This document shows, one piece after another, positions 13,621-29,070 of a DNA stretch of 64,000 nucleotides. Both the position numbers and the translations under genes were made by a program. The stretch's first letter is position 1. Every line of letters starts with the position of its first letter. The notes under the pieces are model-generated. The model was not told the origin of the DNA, did no database searches, and saw nothing but the letters and a program-made list of their open reading frames with translations. The stretch comes from the human T2T-CHM13v2.0 reference genome, Homo sapiens. Location of the stretch: NCBI RefSeq assembly GCF_009914755.1, contig NC_060942.1, one strand, 5' to 3'.

Positions 13621-14448
13621 ACACGTGTAGAGGCAATACTAAGCTACACACTTCAATAAAAGCAGTTAGAGATGCTGCATCAAATCTGTCCTCCTTCATA
13701 GAATGATCTGACATGAATGTGTTTAGAAATGTTGAGGGCTGCCCACCACAGACAAAGAGTTCTACCTAGATAATGGATGTTTCTAATTAAGATCATCCAC
13801 ACCAAAATAGGGTAGTAAGCATTAATCAGGTCCTTATCTCCTCCTACTCTTTATTTATTCCTTTGCTTTTCTTCTCCCAAACACATGCTCCCAATCTACC
13901 CCCTTCCCACACAACTATTTGAGTCCTGTTCCCCTAAGGAACCTTTGTTTTATCAGAAAATTAACACTTGTAGTAGTAACTAGTAAGATAGAAAGTTTTG
14001 AGTTTTTCAAACTCTAAAAAATATGCATAAGTTCTCTATAAAAATTCTAAGGTGATAGTTGCTTTCTACAGCAAACATACCTCATAAAAAATATTTTTCA
14101 AGAAGCAAATTTTATGATACTATATGATACAAGTATGATAGAAAGATAAAAGTAAAAGTTAGATATACCAAAATCAAGAAAGGCAACGGTTCTCCTAAGA
14201 ACAAGATGTTCCTGAATCATGTGCAGTAATTTTATTGACTGAGTAAAAAAATAATACTAATGGACTAGTTCCATTCCTGGAAATTTATTACATATGGATA
14301 ACAATGTTCAAGGAGTGAAAATACAGGTATCCTGCTGAGGATATAAGAATAATACCATGTTATGAATGTTATGCTATGAATATGGAAATATGGCACTTCA
14401 CCAAAAACAAAAAACTTCTTTTCTTCTTTCACAGGCAAACAGGTTTCT

Positions 14449-15195
14449 TTTTTAAAATTTTCAACTTTTATTTTAAGTTCGGAGGTATATGTGCAGGACA
14501 TACAGGTTTGTTACTTAAGTAAACCTGTGCATGGTGGTTGCTGCACAGATCATCCCAACACCCTGTATTAATCCCCACATCCATTAGCTATTCTTCCTGA
14601 TTCTCTCCCTCCTCCCACTCCCAACCCTCGGACAGGCCCCAGTGTCTGTTCTTTCCCCCTGTGTGGCCATGTGTTCTCATAATTTAGCTCCCACTTATAA
14701 GTGAGAACAGGTGGTATTTGGATTTCTGTTTCTGTGTTAGTTTGCTAAGGATAATGGCCTGCAGCTCCACCCATGTCCTTACAAAGGACGTGATCTCGTT
14801 TCTTTTTATGGCTGCATAGTATTCCATGGTGTATATGTGCCACCATTTCTTTATCCAGTCTATCACTGATGGACATTTAGGTTGATTCTATGTCTTTGCT
14901 ATTGTGAATAGTGCTACAATGAACACACGTGTGCATGTGTCTTTATAATAGAAAGATCTGTATTCCTTTGGGTATATACCCAGTAATGGGATTGCTGGGT
15001 CAAATGGTATTTCTGCCTCTAGGTCTTTGAGGAATTGCCACCCTGTCTTCCACGATAGTCGAAATAATTTATACTCCCACCAACTTTGTAAAAGCATTCT
15101 TTTTCTAAACAACCTCACCAGCATCTGTTATTTCTTGACTTTTTAATAATAGACATTCTGACTTGTATGAGATGGTATCTCATTGCAGTTTTGAT
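14449..15195 (-). mobile_element. 5'-truncated primate L1 (old L1PA/L1PB), 3'UTR plus ORF2 C-terminus
   Basis: ORFs 14888..15124 (IPFDPAIPLLGIYPKEY) and 14684..14866 (WIKKWWHIYTMEYYAAIK) are L1 ORF2p C-terminal sequence. TSD caaacaggtttct lies at 14436-14448 and 15198-15210. Confidence 0.97.
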
Positions 15196-15399
15196 GACAA
15201 ACAGGTTTCTACAAGCAATTTTTCAGCAGTCATAGCCTTCATGAATTTGGACAGACTAGAAACACTGCATCAGGCTGCATATAGTTATAAAGAAGGTGTA
15301 GAAAATGTATATGGCACAGACATTGCACCCAAAGGGCTTCACATCTGCTTGAAGAGAATAAAGTCACTGTCAGATGTCAAAGGAGAATAAAAGCTTGGA

Positions 15400-15590
15400 A
15401 AGAGTAGCCCCAGCTCTCTCCCTCTCTCTTTTGCCTGCTGATTTTGCACTAGTGCTTTCCACTGGCCAAATCTAACACAAAGAAAGCAATACAAAGAAAG
15501 CCATAGAAATTATTAGTCTCCTGGGCCACAGAACAAGAAAAAGAAGTGTAGAAAATGAACCTGTGAGGTTAAATAGGGAGATAGCATTAC
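15400..15590 (-). mobile_element. ERVL LTR33/LTR41-like fragment (5' end)
   Basis: The reverse complement tgtaatgctatctccctatt...ctgtggcccaggagact...ttggccagtgg resembles the LTR33-family start. The other boundary is unclear. Confidence 0.5.
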
Positions 15591-15839
15591 AGGAAGAGGA
15601 GGCACAAGCAATCCGTCTTTTAGCCATCCATCTATTCTTGAAAGTCAAAGAATCCATCTGAGAATCAGCACCCTGCAAGGTCAAGGTGCTGTCCTACAGG
15701 CTCTGAAACTGGTCTTAAACAAACAACAAATACATCAAATTTGTATCCTCCACAGCAAGATTACTCAGATTCAAGAATTTCCTTCTAATTCTAGTAACTT
15801 TGGATTAATTGAACTTGATGGATTGTATCATTGTTCATA

Positions 15840-16193
15840 AGTAGTATCTGTCCTTTCCTGGATGAGAATTATTTACATCAGGCTTAGTATGTGACTTAAT
15901 TTGGCCTATAAAATGTGGTTAGAAGAGATACGTATCACTTATCACTTCTAAGCAGTAGTTTTACAAATCAGTGATTGGTTCAACATCTTCTCTTTTTCTT
16001 CTGTCTCATGACCAAAAATGTTCAGATGGAGGCTGCTTTATCAGTCTGGGTCCTGAAGTGAAATCTCTGTGTAACAGAGGTGCAGCCAACCAGTAATAGA
16101 TATAGAGAACAAAAGAGAAATCAACCTTGTAAGTGACTGAAATTCCATGGTCATTTGTTGCCACAGCATAACCTAGCCTATCCATATTGACAC
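15840..16193 (+). mobile_element. MLT1 (H/I-like) MaLR LTR
   Basis: gtgacttaatttggcctataaaatgtgg...cagatggaggctgc...ttgttgccacagcataacctagcctatcc. Confidence 0.75.
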
Positions 16194-16229
16194 AGAAACA
16201 CTAGAGACGATGGCCATGATTTCACTAAT

Positions 16230-16831
16230 TGCTAGCTGAAATGTGTCTCTGGTTATTTTGGGTTCCTCAGCCATTCAACAAACACCCATGAGAAAGTAGA
16301 TTGCTGCTCCACTATAAGGATAAGGGGGGCTAAGCCTTGAACCCAGAAGATTCACTGCAGGTATTGGTAATATCCTAATACCACTATGGAAAACTTTGGC
16401 AAACCAATGTAGACAAGACCATTAAAGGCTCAGAGCCTATGACTTAAAGGTTTGGGTCATCTCACCAGGTAAACAATCCTGACCAGGTGAGATCATTCTA
16501 ATAGAATGGATAACGAGAAAAGGAAGTTATGATTATCAGCTTTGGCCTTACGAAAAGTTAAAGAGTCGGAGAGAAGTATTAATGCTTAGTTTATGCTAAT
16601 TGATCTTGGTTTTTTTTCTTGCTTCTTTTCTTCCTTTCTACCTTGTATGAAGCATGCCGGTGGTACCTTACATTACTAATTACGAACAATTTAGAAGTAG
16701 GCTTAAATAGACAAACACTGAGATGATACACAGTGGCTGCCAGGACTTTCTTTTTGCCCTGTATTTAAAAGGAGAATTTTATTGTCTATACCAAGGACAA
16801 GGGCAAAAGCTGAAGGACAAAAGGAGTACAC
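16230..16831 (+). mobile_element. ERVL internal 3' region (decayed pol/integrase end and polypurine tract)
   Basis: aaggtttgggtcatctcaccaggtaaacaa...gaaggaagttat-like...cagctttggcc resembles the ERVL pol 3' end. PPT-like gacaaaaggagtacac abuts the LTR's TG. Confidence 0.65.
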
Positions 16832-17336
16832 TGTGCTGGTTTTTCTCCATCTTCCTGGCCCCCTATCTATTATCCATATTGTTTGGACTTCCTCTGTGGC
16901 CAGAAGGATTGACCCTAAGGACTATAACTTCTCACTGTTATACTCATGGAATTCTAGTTAAGTACACTGGAGGCACAAATAGGACATCAAAAGACAGAAG
17001 GAGGGACAGGTCCCTTTCCTGTTGCTGTCTGCATCAGAACACCATCTCTGGCTGTCTCTATCCATTACTGAAGTTTTGTTCTGGGCAGCTCATTCTCCAT
17101 GGTTCCAGTCCTCTTGGGTTCCAGTAACATTGTTTTCTCTCTCTGTATCTTAGGTGTAGAAATAGTATCAGCTTCCAACAGTTTGTCTCTGGATGATTCA
17201 ATATGCCTTGCTGAACCCCTTAACTCCTGCCATGCTTCTATAAACTTCCTCTTTATTTAATGTTTGTTCTTTAAGATCCTCATGTGATTAAGATTTTTCT
17301 CACTCGTCTCCCGATGCTTGCTTAAGACTTAATACA
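16832..17336 (+). mobile_element. ERVL 3' LTR (LTR33-like)
   Basis: Starts tgtgctggttttctccatc...ctctgtggccagaaggattgacc...ggaggcac and ends cttaataca. Confidence 0.7.
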
Positions 17337-18763
17337 TACCATTTCCACTATGCTGCTAATGCAGAACCACAAACACTCATGTATGTATATGCAGATACTG
17401 TAGCTTACCTCTATCTTTCTTGACTTTGAAAAGTTGAATATTTCCAAGGTTTTTGTGGTTTTTTTTCCCCTTTTTTTGGATGGAGGTAAACACTGAACCT
17501 GGTTACTTGGGTCGAAATGCATAGTTTTCTTCAATAGCAAGCTCCTGAGCCTTGTATAATTCCCCTAATTATGCTCATGTTCTCAGATTTTTCTGAGAAG
17601 AAAAAGTCATTCTCTTAAAACAATTTAGTGTTCTTTGAAAATAGGCTGTCTAGAAGCTAGCTAACATCTGAGGTACCACTTTAAATTCTTGATTCTTGAC
17701 TATTATACCATTTTCTTATTGAAATTCAATCCAAACCAGAAGCATAACCCAAGTTTAAGAAATAATTAGTTGATTTCAGTATGTTGCTCAATTAACCAAC
17801 AATTCAAAAGGCTATTTCTGTCAATTACTTTCCTAGAATTTTGGTGGTAGCGGATGGTAAAAAGAGGAAAAGGTTAGTACCCAAGAGGCACGAATCATCA
17901 AATTGAACAAGGCCAACACACTTGAAACAATTAGTTAATAGTACAAGATGGTATGTGAAAGCATTCTTAATGGGGACAATACAGACTTTAAGACCTTTGG
18001 GAGCTCAGAAAAGAGAGAAATCAATAAAGTATAGAATATTCCAGGAAGGCTTTAGCTTGAGGGAACATGAAGTTTGTATTTTGGAGTGAAGTGTTTTAAA
18101 ACTGTGTTTACCTTGAGGCACTGGCAGTGTCTCTCTAAATATATGCCACTCATAGGATGGAAGAGGCAATAACACACAACAGTGTCTACTAGCCAACCAT
18201 TTTCCATAATACACTGATGACACTTGAAACTTGGTGAGTTTTATAACCAGTATCTACACAAGCCAATGTGCCATAATCACAGAAAAATTACTAGATGAGA
18301 AATCAGGGGACCTCTTTCTTTGTGTCCTTCTAGACACAGAATAAGAACAAATGGTAGTGATCTTTCTTTGTAGGACTCTCCTTATAAGGTTTTAACATAA
18401 ATCTCATTACACTGAAATCCTGGCAGAGTATTCATTAGAACATCACTAAAGTCTGTGTAGAGGACTTAATAGCTGAAACAAGGCATTGGAATTAGCCAAT
18501 CATTCTATAAATGAACTCACCATGAACCTTTTTTCTAAATTTAGGTAAAATTTCTGGAGACCTTTTCTTTGCTACACGATAGAATGCCACTCAAACTTGT
18601 AAACAAAGTATGTTTTGCCTATATTTGTAACTTCCAAAAACAACTTATCTAGTAGATACTTAACAAATATCTATTTATAATGATAATAACACAGACAGGT
18701 TAATTCGGATTAGAGTTAAATACCAAAATACTATAAGATTTGAGTTAAAAGAGATGTACTGAA

Positions 18764-19046
18764 TGCTGTGGTCTGAATGTTTGTGCCCCTCAAAATTCAT
18801 ACGTTGAAACCTAATCCCAAAGGTGATGGTAGTTACGAGGTGGGGCCTTTGGGAGGTGATTGAGTCACGTGCTTTTGGCTCTCATGAATGGGATTTGTCC
18901 CCTCATAAAAGAGGCCTGGGAGAGCTTGTTCATCCCTTTTGTCATGTGAGGATGCAGAAAAATGACATCACCTATGAAGCAAAGAGCCCTCACTAGACAT
19001 CACATCTTTTGGTACCTTGATCTTGAAGTTGAAACAGACTAAGAGA
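18764..19046 (+). mobile_element. MLT1A-like solo LTR with internal deletion
   Basis: tgctgtggtctgaatgtttgtgccc...gactaagaga, with TSD CTGAA (18759-18763, 19047-19051). The segment normally between cttgatcttg and the terminal gactaagaca is missing. Confidence 0.9.
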
Positions 19047-20344
19047 CTGAATTTCTGAACAATGAAGTGTTATTTAGAAACTCTCTTTTTGTCTCTTTTT
19101 CAATTCTTCCTTGGAAAGTATTTTCTCATTTTAAAACAGTTTAATACATATATATGTATATGTATGTTACTTAACATTTATGGAACAACTGTTCTAACTC
19201 TCTGCTACGCCCTGCTTCTACTTCAATCAGGGCAGTTACATGACTATAACTGCGTAATTCTTTGATGATATAATCATTGTTTTATTATGTGCATCAAGAG
19301 CCACTGTTTGCCATTGTCAATTTATAAATGGTCTGTAGGACAGAGCAGTAAGCATCTGAAGTAAAAGGTTCATGTGTTAGGGGTATTTTAGGCAGGAAGA
19401 GAATGAGATGACTATGCAATGACTTTAGTAGGTGAGGAAGGATCTGTGTACTGTATCCCTGCTGCAAGGAGGAAACAGAACATTCCTGCTCTCATGGACA
19501 AGGAGGCCTATGTTGGAGGCCTTATGTTCTGCTCACCCTGAAATGTAGCCTGTGTGATGGCTATTGCACACAGTGAGCAAAGAACATTGGGACAGCAAGC
19601 AGTATACATATTGGAAAACACAGATATGTTTGTTAGCTCAGGCATGCATGACATATCTTTTCAAAAACCTGGTGGAAAAAAAACAGCCTAAATGAATGAT
19701 GATCAAAGCCTACATACAGAGAGCATGTATAGCAAGACAAAATTCAAGACCCTAGTGACATTTATTTTCTGGAACTTGTCCCCTTTTATCCAAAAATTAA
19801 ACTACTAGGGAAAAAAATTCATCTGCTATCTCCAGTACCAAGAGTATGATGATTGTTGACTTAAAGTTGCTGGTGAGTGCTTCAGGGAAGACAGTGGAAA
19901 ACATCAAAGCCTCTGTATAACACTCTTTGCTATTTCGTTGAGCAAAAGAGGAGTCTTCCTTAAATCAAGGCCAAGAGAGATTACTACTGAACAACCCCCC
20001 TCACCAAAAAAACACCTAAGTTCTGTTTCACTAATAATGTTACTTTGAGTCACAGAATTTGCAGTGATAGACTAAAACTACCTAAAACATATTTTTTCCT
20101 TGCTTGTTTCAATCGTTTACAATTGTCCTTAGTTATTCCACATCTGAGGAAAGATATCTGAATAAAATTTTGAAAGACTTTGGGGGTGGTAAAATGTATT
20201 CTGCAATTGAATGTATGACCTTCCTTTGGAGATTGTCTTAAGACATATTAATACTACAATAATACAGAAGTAGATAGCTGCTGTGACTGGGTGGCTGTAC
20301 TAAGATTTTAGAGAGAGAATATTCTACCAGATTGGCCATGCATT

Positions 20345-20512
20345 TTTAATATATATCCACATAAAATATATAATACATACATGTGCATATATACCCACAT
20401 AAAATATACATTATATATTATATATTTGCATATGTATGTATATATGGTGCAATTTAAATTGTTATATACAAAACTGTGTATACATGTACATGTAGACACA
20501 AAGATATACACA
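20345..20512. repeat. Degenerate (TA/CA)n low-complexity tract
   Basis: Alternating purine-pyrimidine runs. Confidence 0.75.
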
Positions 20513-21608
20513 CAACTTAGTAAAACACAAAATAATACAATATCAAGGCCATCAATGCTAAGAGATTATCAAGTTAAATATCTCTCATTTTGAAGATAAG
20601 CACAAGAAAGCCCACAAAATATGATTTTGGTAAGTCACCATGTCTCTGGATTCTCAGTCACATGCTTTGCCTAACATTCACTTTCCACATTGTTCTTTGT
20701 CACTCTAATTATGGCAACATGTCCTTTCTTTTCCCCAACTTTTCTGGGATTTTATGGAATTCCTGTATGAAACTGTGTTATTCGACAGAATTTTTGGACT
20801 GAGTAAATATAACCACTTGACTTTTCTTTATTTTCCCACAATTTCTTCAGTCACCTCCACTGCCTCTTAGCTGCCAGTGATTGCATTGGTCGATTGCCTG
20901 GTAGTGGGGTGAAAGGAATAAACAGTGGCTATCTGATAATCTTTCTGGTTTTCCTTTAAACAAGCTCACTGGAGTATATGTCCTCTACACTAGTTTCTGA
21001 GGGAGGACATGTAAGTGTTCCAGTAACTCTGTCACCAGTCTGGTAATTCTTATTGTTGAGTTGCCTTTACAGCCACCTTAGAATCCACCCAAAGAAAATG
21101 AACACAATTGCTCCCCCTTAACTTCCCCTCCTTTTCCAAACTGCTATTGTCTTATAATCATATCTCAACTTTGATCAAGCCTTCTATTACGTGATGCTTG
21201 AATCTACTAATTTGAACTTATTCCTTAAATATCTCAAATTATCTTCTGACATAAGGAAACAAATTTCGGTTTCATGAAACCATTTCTCATTATAACTGTG
21301 AGCATATAAGTGACCTTAATTTTCAAAAATATGTTGCAATGCTTCTAAATATAACTAAGATTATTGAAATCAGACATTTGTTTCTTTGTTGCCAGTTTAC
21401 ATCTAATAATTATGTACAGGAAGTTGTTGATTTGCAGAAAGGTACCAAGTCAAATTTTCTATAATGCTCTTTGAGTCATAGACAATTAGCTTATTATAGA
21501 AAAAAAAATGATTTATCAGCTTTGCCTTTTGTCCTAAGTTGTCTTTCTTTTCTAAGATCTCTTACTAAAGAATAGAAATAGATAGACCCAGCAGAGAAAC
21601 TGAAAGCC

Positions 21609-21653
21609 TGTTTTTTTGTTTGTTTGTTTTTTGTTTTGTTTTTGTTTGTTGGT
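21609..21653. repeat. (GTTT)n-like simple repeat
   Basis: tgtttttttgtttgtttgttttttgttttgtttttgtttgttgg. Confidence 0.85.
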
Positions 21654-22346
21654 TCAGCTGAGCTAAATGTCCTTAGTGGACAGTAAATGTTTTAGCTGTT
21701 TTCTGTATTTCTATGCTCCCAAGTTGTCAGACCTCATATATTGGGGTTAACATACCAGACCATCAGCCCTGGTATGCTTAAAGTTGCATTTCTTAAAATC
21801 TGGCTACCTGAGAAAGATTTTCTGAATGTGTTACGTTGCATGAAAACATATTTACTAAATTATTTTTTTGAAAATACATATAGAAACTTCTGATATCAGA
21901 ATAGTGATGTATTCGGTCATGAGTTGGGAATCCAAAAGCAGCTCCTGAAGGAAATAGTTAAATGTAATGAGGAATTAGTTATTGTAATAAAAGTGAAGGA
22001 AAATAGAATGATGAGAGGGACAAGCATCTAAATAGAAAATACTGGCCCGGAAAATCCTGGTCTTAGGTCATCTCTGTGCAGTGTGAGAACTCAAGATTAG
22101 AGAAATACCTGAGTTGTTATAACAAACCCAGCTTGGGAAGGTGTCCCATTCATATTGATGCCCGTTTAGAAGCTATGCACCTAGTTAGGATTCCTGATGG
22201 CGTGATGTCAGTCATCACTATCATCATTATTGTATGATGCCTTTGGTGTTCATTTGAACCACCTTCAAGTTGGGGGAGAGCTGGACTGAGAGAATGTCTT
22301 CAAAAGGTGTTGTGCTACTTTACCCATTTGTCTGTCTTGCTTTTAG

Positions 22347-22561
22347 GCTCATATTCATCAGTTCAGGAGACCTCAATCAGAGGCTGAGCTGCTGCAATGT
22401 GCTTCCACAAACATACACACACTGCATCCAGCTGCCTGATGGGGGGGACCTGCTAATTGGAGAAGTCTGCTCTGGTCCCCTGTCACCAGTTGGCAGACAG
22501 AACAGTCTGGGCCGAAGCTGATTCCCAGAGTCAGGCATTCATTTATCTCAGTGATAACAGG
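22347..22561 (+). other. Candidate non-coding exon (215 nt)
   Basis: Acceptor ttgtctgtcttgcttttAG|g and donor cagg|GTatgt. All three frames contain stops. Confidence 0.2.
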
Positions 22562-24259
22562 GTATGTGTAGAGAGAGGGAGCAAAGAAAGCGAAGGGCAG
22601 CTGCAGTTGAGGTGGGGACAGTACTAATGCCTCGGCATCAAGGACATGCTTCACGGAGGTGCTTGGCACTTTATTCCTCTCTCCAAAGTTTAATTAGTCA
22701 CTAATTATGAACAGCTCTCTTTTATTATGGATGCATTTGGCCACTGCTGTAATTTTTTAAGAAACATGTTCTCATCTCAACCAAGTTCCAAATGCTAACG
22801 TATCAGTGTCAGAAACTGCAGTCAAGCACAACCTGTCCCCAAATCCCAGCCCCTTGAAACACGATGGCTCATTATTAACTTAAAAAGGATGATGACACTG
22901 ATACTATTTATAGGTCCCTTCCAGGCAGGTCTGCCAGCGTTAAAGAAATTAACATGGAGAAATTGTCAACTGGAAAACATTAGTGTTTATCAACAGATCA
23001 ATCAAACTTCAGCAACTGTAAACTGTGCTTTTAGCTAAGTGAAACCTACTAACAATAACAGCCACTTGCCCACCTTTCTGGGGAGTCCTATGTCCCCATA
23101 TCCAAACCAAATAAACTGTCCCTTTGACACTGTGGCCATAATCCTGCTGCTGCCTGTTAGGGAAGAGTCTACCTGCCTCTGTCCCACATCCAGGAGCAAA
23201 CTGGAATGATGGTGGTGTCAGTCATGTTTTAATTAGCTTTAACTGCCAGTTTGTAAAGTCTCAAGCAGACTAAAATAAATACTGGGGTTAGTGGCTCCAG
23301 AAGGCAAATTCTAGTTTCTTTATGAAAGGAAGACTCTATGATTTAAGGATTTAAGGAGTTTTTCTTGGTTCTCTCATCCTTTTAAAGCAGTGCTTGACTC
23401 TCATTGTTGTATATTTAGAGATGGTTCTATTTTCATTTCTGGGCTACAGCGGCGATGATGACATGGCTTCAGAACCTGAACAAAGCTGGAGAGCCCTGAT
23501 AGGCTGCTGGTGATGTCATCCCTGTGCCTCTAATGCCCAGGAAAAGCACCAGGGACTGACTGTTTTCCTGACTTTTCTTTTCTTTCTTTTTTCCTTATTC
23601 TTCCTTTCTCCCCCCACCTCTTTTTTTTTTTTTCAAATATAAAAATCCCATTTTCACACTAACAGTGCATTTGGAGTTTCATATCCTAGCAACGTTATCA
23701 CTAAAGGTAGCCGGTGACCGCTCCATACAGACCAACACTGCTTTGGCTTGATACACAGTTTCAGCTCTCAGGGAGAGGATTTTGTGCTGCATCACACTGA
23801 ATATTGCGGCTCTGTAATTTCTTGTCATTATAGCAAACCCTTTGACGTGCTTCCTTTCTGTAACCCAGATGATCATCACCTGTCAAATTCGACTGCTCAC
23901 ACAAATTCTAACTAGAGGAACCTGACAATGGTAGGGGCCATGAAAACCAAAGGAGATAGAAAATACGGCAAGCGCACTTAGCTTCAAGATGACAATAGCC
24001 TTGACTCATCGCACAGGCTTCTTAGCTATCATATAGCCTCACCCACTGCCACCTTTTGTTATTTTTATGCATTCATTCCTAAAACTGCAGGACTGGGGAA
24101 ATGTTTTTACTAGGGTAGGTTGGGATGGCCTGGGGCACCTAGAGGGAATAGAAGGAGCTCTCTGGATCCCGACTTAGATGGTTTCATTTTTGTATTCAGT
24201 GTGTAGCAAATTCTGTGTTCTCCTAAAAACAAAAATACAAAAACCAATCACCGCGGTTT

Positions 24260-24405
24260 TAGTTTCAACAACCTAGGTAAAACCCTCTCTAAGTCCCAAG
24301 TTTCTCATCTTATTAAGTGGGACAATAAAATGCATCTCACCAAGGAGTTGTGAGCATTAAATTCACTGCTGTCTATGGAGCACATAGTGTATAATAGGAG
24401 CAAAA
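24260..24405 (+). mobile_element. MIR fragment
   Basis: cctctctaagtcccaagtttctcatcttattaagtgggacaataa...gttgtgagcattaaat. Confidence 0.65.
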
Positions 24406-25564
24406 CTAAAATCTGTCAATTCCATTCCAAGCTTTGTGACACCACTAAATAAACAGGTAATGTAAAAAAATAAACAACAGGAAAAATAAACAATAAGGAA
24501 AAGTAATAAACAGCAAAAAAAAAAAAAGAAAAAGAAAAAAGAAAAACCAACAGGAGAAAAGGAGAATTGAGAACTGTAAACAATCTCCAAGCCAGGCCAA
24601 GGACACTTAGTACATTCTCAACTCCAGAGTCATTTCCCTTCCTTATAGCACTGCAATTGGCTTTCCCTGGAGCAAACACTACAATGCTAGAATTTGAGGA
24701 AAGGTGGAGGCATACGAATAATTCATTTAAAAACCGAAATCTAAAATTTGTTTAAAAATCTGATCTGTCTTCACTTGATGCAAGAGAGCTTCGATAATCC
24801 AAAGCAAAACCCTACCTACAGGATTTCTGCTCAGGAAATTTAGCAGGTCAATAAGCCTCAAAAAAGAAAAATCACAGTTGTAAAGGTATATTTGCAAAAC
24901 TGTACTGAATGTTGTGAAAATTACATAATAAATATGAGTCATGGACCTTGCCATTGAGACTTACAATACAATTTTAACATGTAAACATAAATTTGTGAAA
25001 AGTGAATGAATATAATAATTCAAAACCAAAATAAGAGCTCAAGATAATAGTAGAAGACACATCAAAAGCAGGGTGTGATTAAATGTAAATTGTATTGTAC
25101 ACATAACTATCTCATAGGAACTAGAAAGAGAAAGATTTTACTTCTAAATGGAATGGTCAGAAAAAGTTTGAAAAAGAGTGTGAGCTACCCTTTGGGTCAC
25201 AAAAGATGGGCTTGATTTGGTTAAACAATAGGAAGAGGGTGGATGGTCAGACAGAAGGAAAAGTTTGAGAACAGAGAACAGGTACAGCCATACTCAAAAA
25301 GTAGGTAGAAGAAAATGATTTGTGTAAAGGTGTACCAGGGAATATACTGGAAAGCTCTGAGGGTTCCATTAAAGACAATAGGTCCTGGAATGTAAAGCCA
25401 TTCATTGTGCATTCAGTGTGGAAGAAGACAGGCAGTCATTTGCATTTAAACTTACTTTTTTTTTTTACTTTTGTGGATCTGAAATGCTTCATATGATCTA
25501 TGCACACATTGGTTCCTTGGTTTCTGCTCCCCCAGTATTTTTTTCTTTCTTTCTTTTCTTCCTC

Positions 25565-25827
25565 TTTTTTTTTTTTTTTTAAGAGTCAGGGGCTAACTCT
25601 GTCTTCCAAGCTAGAGTATAGTGGTGGGATCATAGCTCTAGCTCATTGTAACCTTGAGCTCGTGGGCTCAAGTGATTGTCCCGCCTCAGCCTCTGGATAA
25701 GCTGGAATGCACCAGCATGCCCAGGTGATTTTTTTTAATTTTAATTTTTAGAGACAGGGTCTCACTATGTTGCCTAGGTGGGTCTCAAACTCCTGGCCTC
25801 AAAGCAATCCTCTCACCTCCCACTCCA
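25565..25827 (-). mobile_element. AluJ (lacking its 5' end)
   Basis: Poly-T, then gagtcaggg...atcatagctc...gagacagggtctcactatgttgcctagg...ctcctggcctcaa. Confidence 0.9.
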
Positions 25828-27043
25828 ATATCTTTGATGCTGTTCATTGTCACCCACCTCTTTATAGACAACAAACCCTGTCCAGATTCTAGTAAAAACC
25901 CACCAATCTATTATATTCTTAACACTTTGGTTTTCAATGTTTTTGACAGTTACAAATTCTAGTTTTGGTAGAATTTCTTCAGAATAAAATATTCTGTCTT
26001 TGTATCTGTTCATTTCAGGGTCCCACATTGTTTCAATACGAAAAAAAGTTATTTTAAATGTGAAAAATTTTTACTCAATTTATTAGATATGTAATATGTG
26101 TATAATGCTGATATAATGAATAATATTTTTCTTCTAATTGATTTGATCAGGAACATCAGCATCATACTTTCTTTGATTCTGCACTCCTTTACTTTCATTT
26201 TCTAGGTACGTTTTATATAGTATGCTATTCTTAATGCAAGCTCACTTTTCCCGGTAAACAACATAGAAAGACCAAGTTTTACAGCTTGCCTAAAAAACTA
26301 TAGTGCAACCTAGGGAATGATGGAAATATAGTAACCATCAGTCTGGTATCATGCAGATTACAACATGTACTAAAGTTTTTTTCCAAGGTATTCCCACCTT
26401 GTTTTCCTTTTAAATTTTCTGACTCATTCTGAAGTTTTCACTGTTTGGACCAAATTTGTTTCTTTTCATTTAAATTTTTCAAATCCATCTCTTATAATTT
26501 CTAACTGTTCAATTAGACCAGTGGGGCATTTAAATTGTTTTGTTGTTGTAGTTATCTAAATTAGCAGAACACCATTCCACTCAGAGGCAGATACTGCAAA
26601 TTGCAGGCAAAGGGCCAGTCCCAAAGAAGCAACTGCTGATTGCCAAGATATATGCCTAGAAAACTAAATTCTACATCAATTGATTGCTCCTGTCACATTA
26701 CACAGGTGATTTTGAATCAATAATTTCGTTTCAGAATTAACTAAATATGTTATTCGCACTGACACATTAAATGTTTTCAAGAAGAAACTTTCATGCTCAT
26801 TGGAGAACAATTGCTGTGATCTCAGGGACAGATAGTATCTTCAAATTACCTATGTATTCTCTAGATCATAGGCAGATAGTTCCTGGCCAGACAAAGGAAG
26901 AAGAGTTTCTAGTTTAACGTATCTACGAACCATGAAAGTTATTTTATTCTATAGAGCTTTGTGTATGGCTGGAAGAGAGCCATTTCTAGTTTATTAAGAA
27001 AATTTATCCTTTTCAAGCATACCTTTAAAAGTTGCTATTTCAT

Positions 27044-29070
<2,027 letters not shown>

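Noticed and set aside
14684-15124. Two protein-like ORFs
   Set aside because: They are broken fragments of L1 ORF2p in a truncated element, not host genes.
16457-16495. Inverted repeat atctcacc...ggtgagat
   Set aside because: It is short, lies in decayed ERVL sequence and is probably coincidental.
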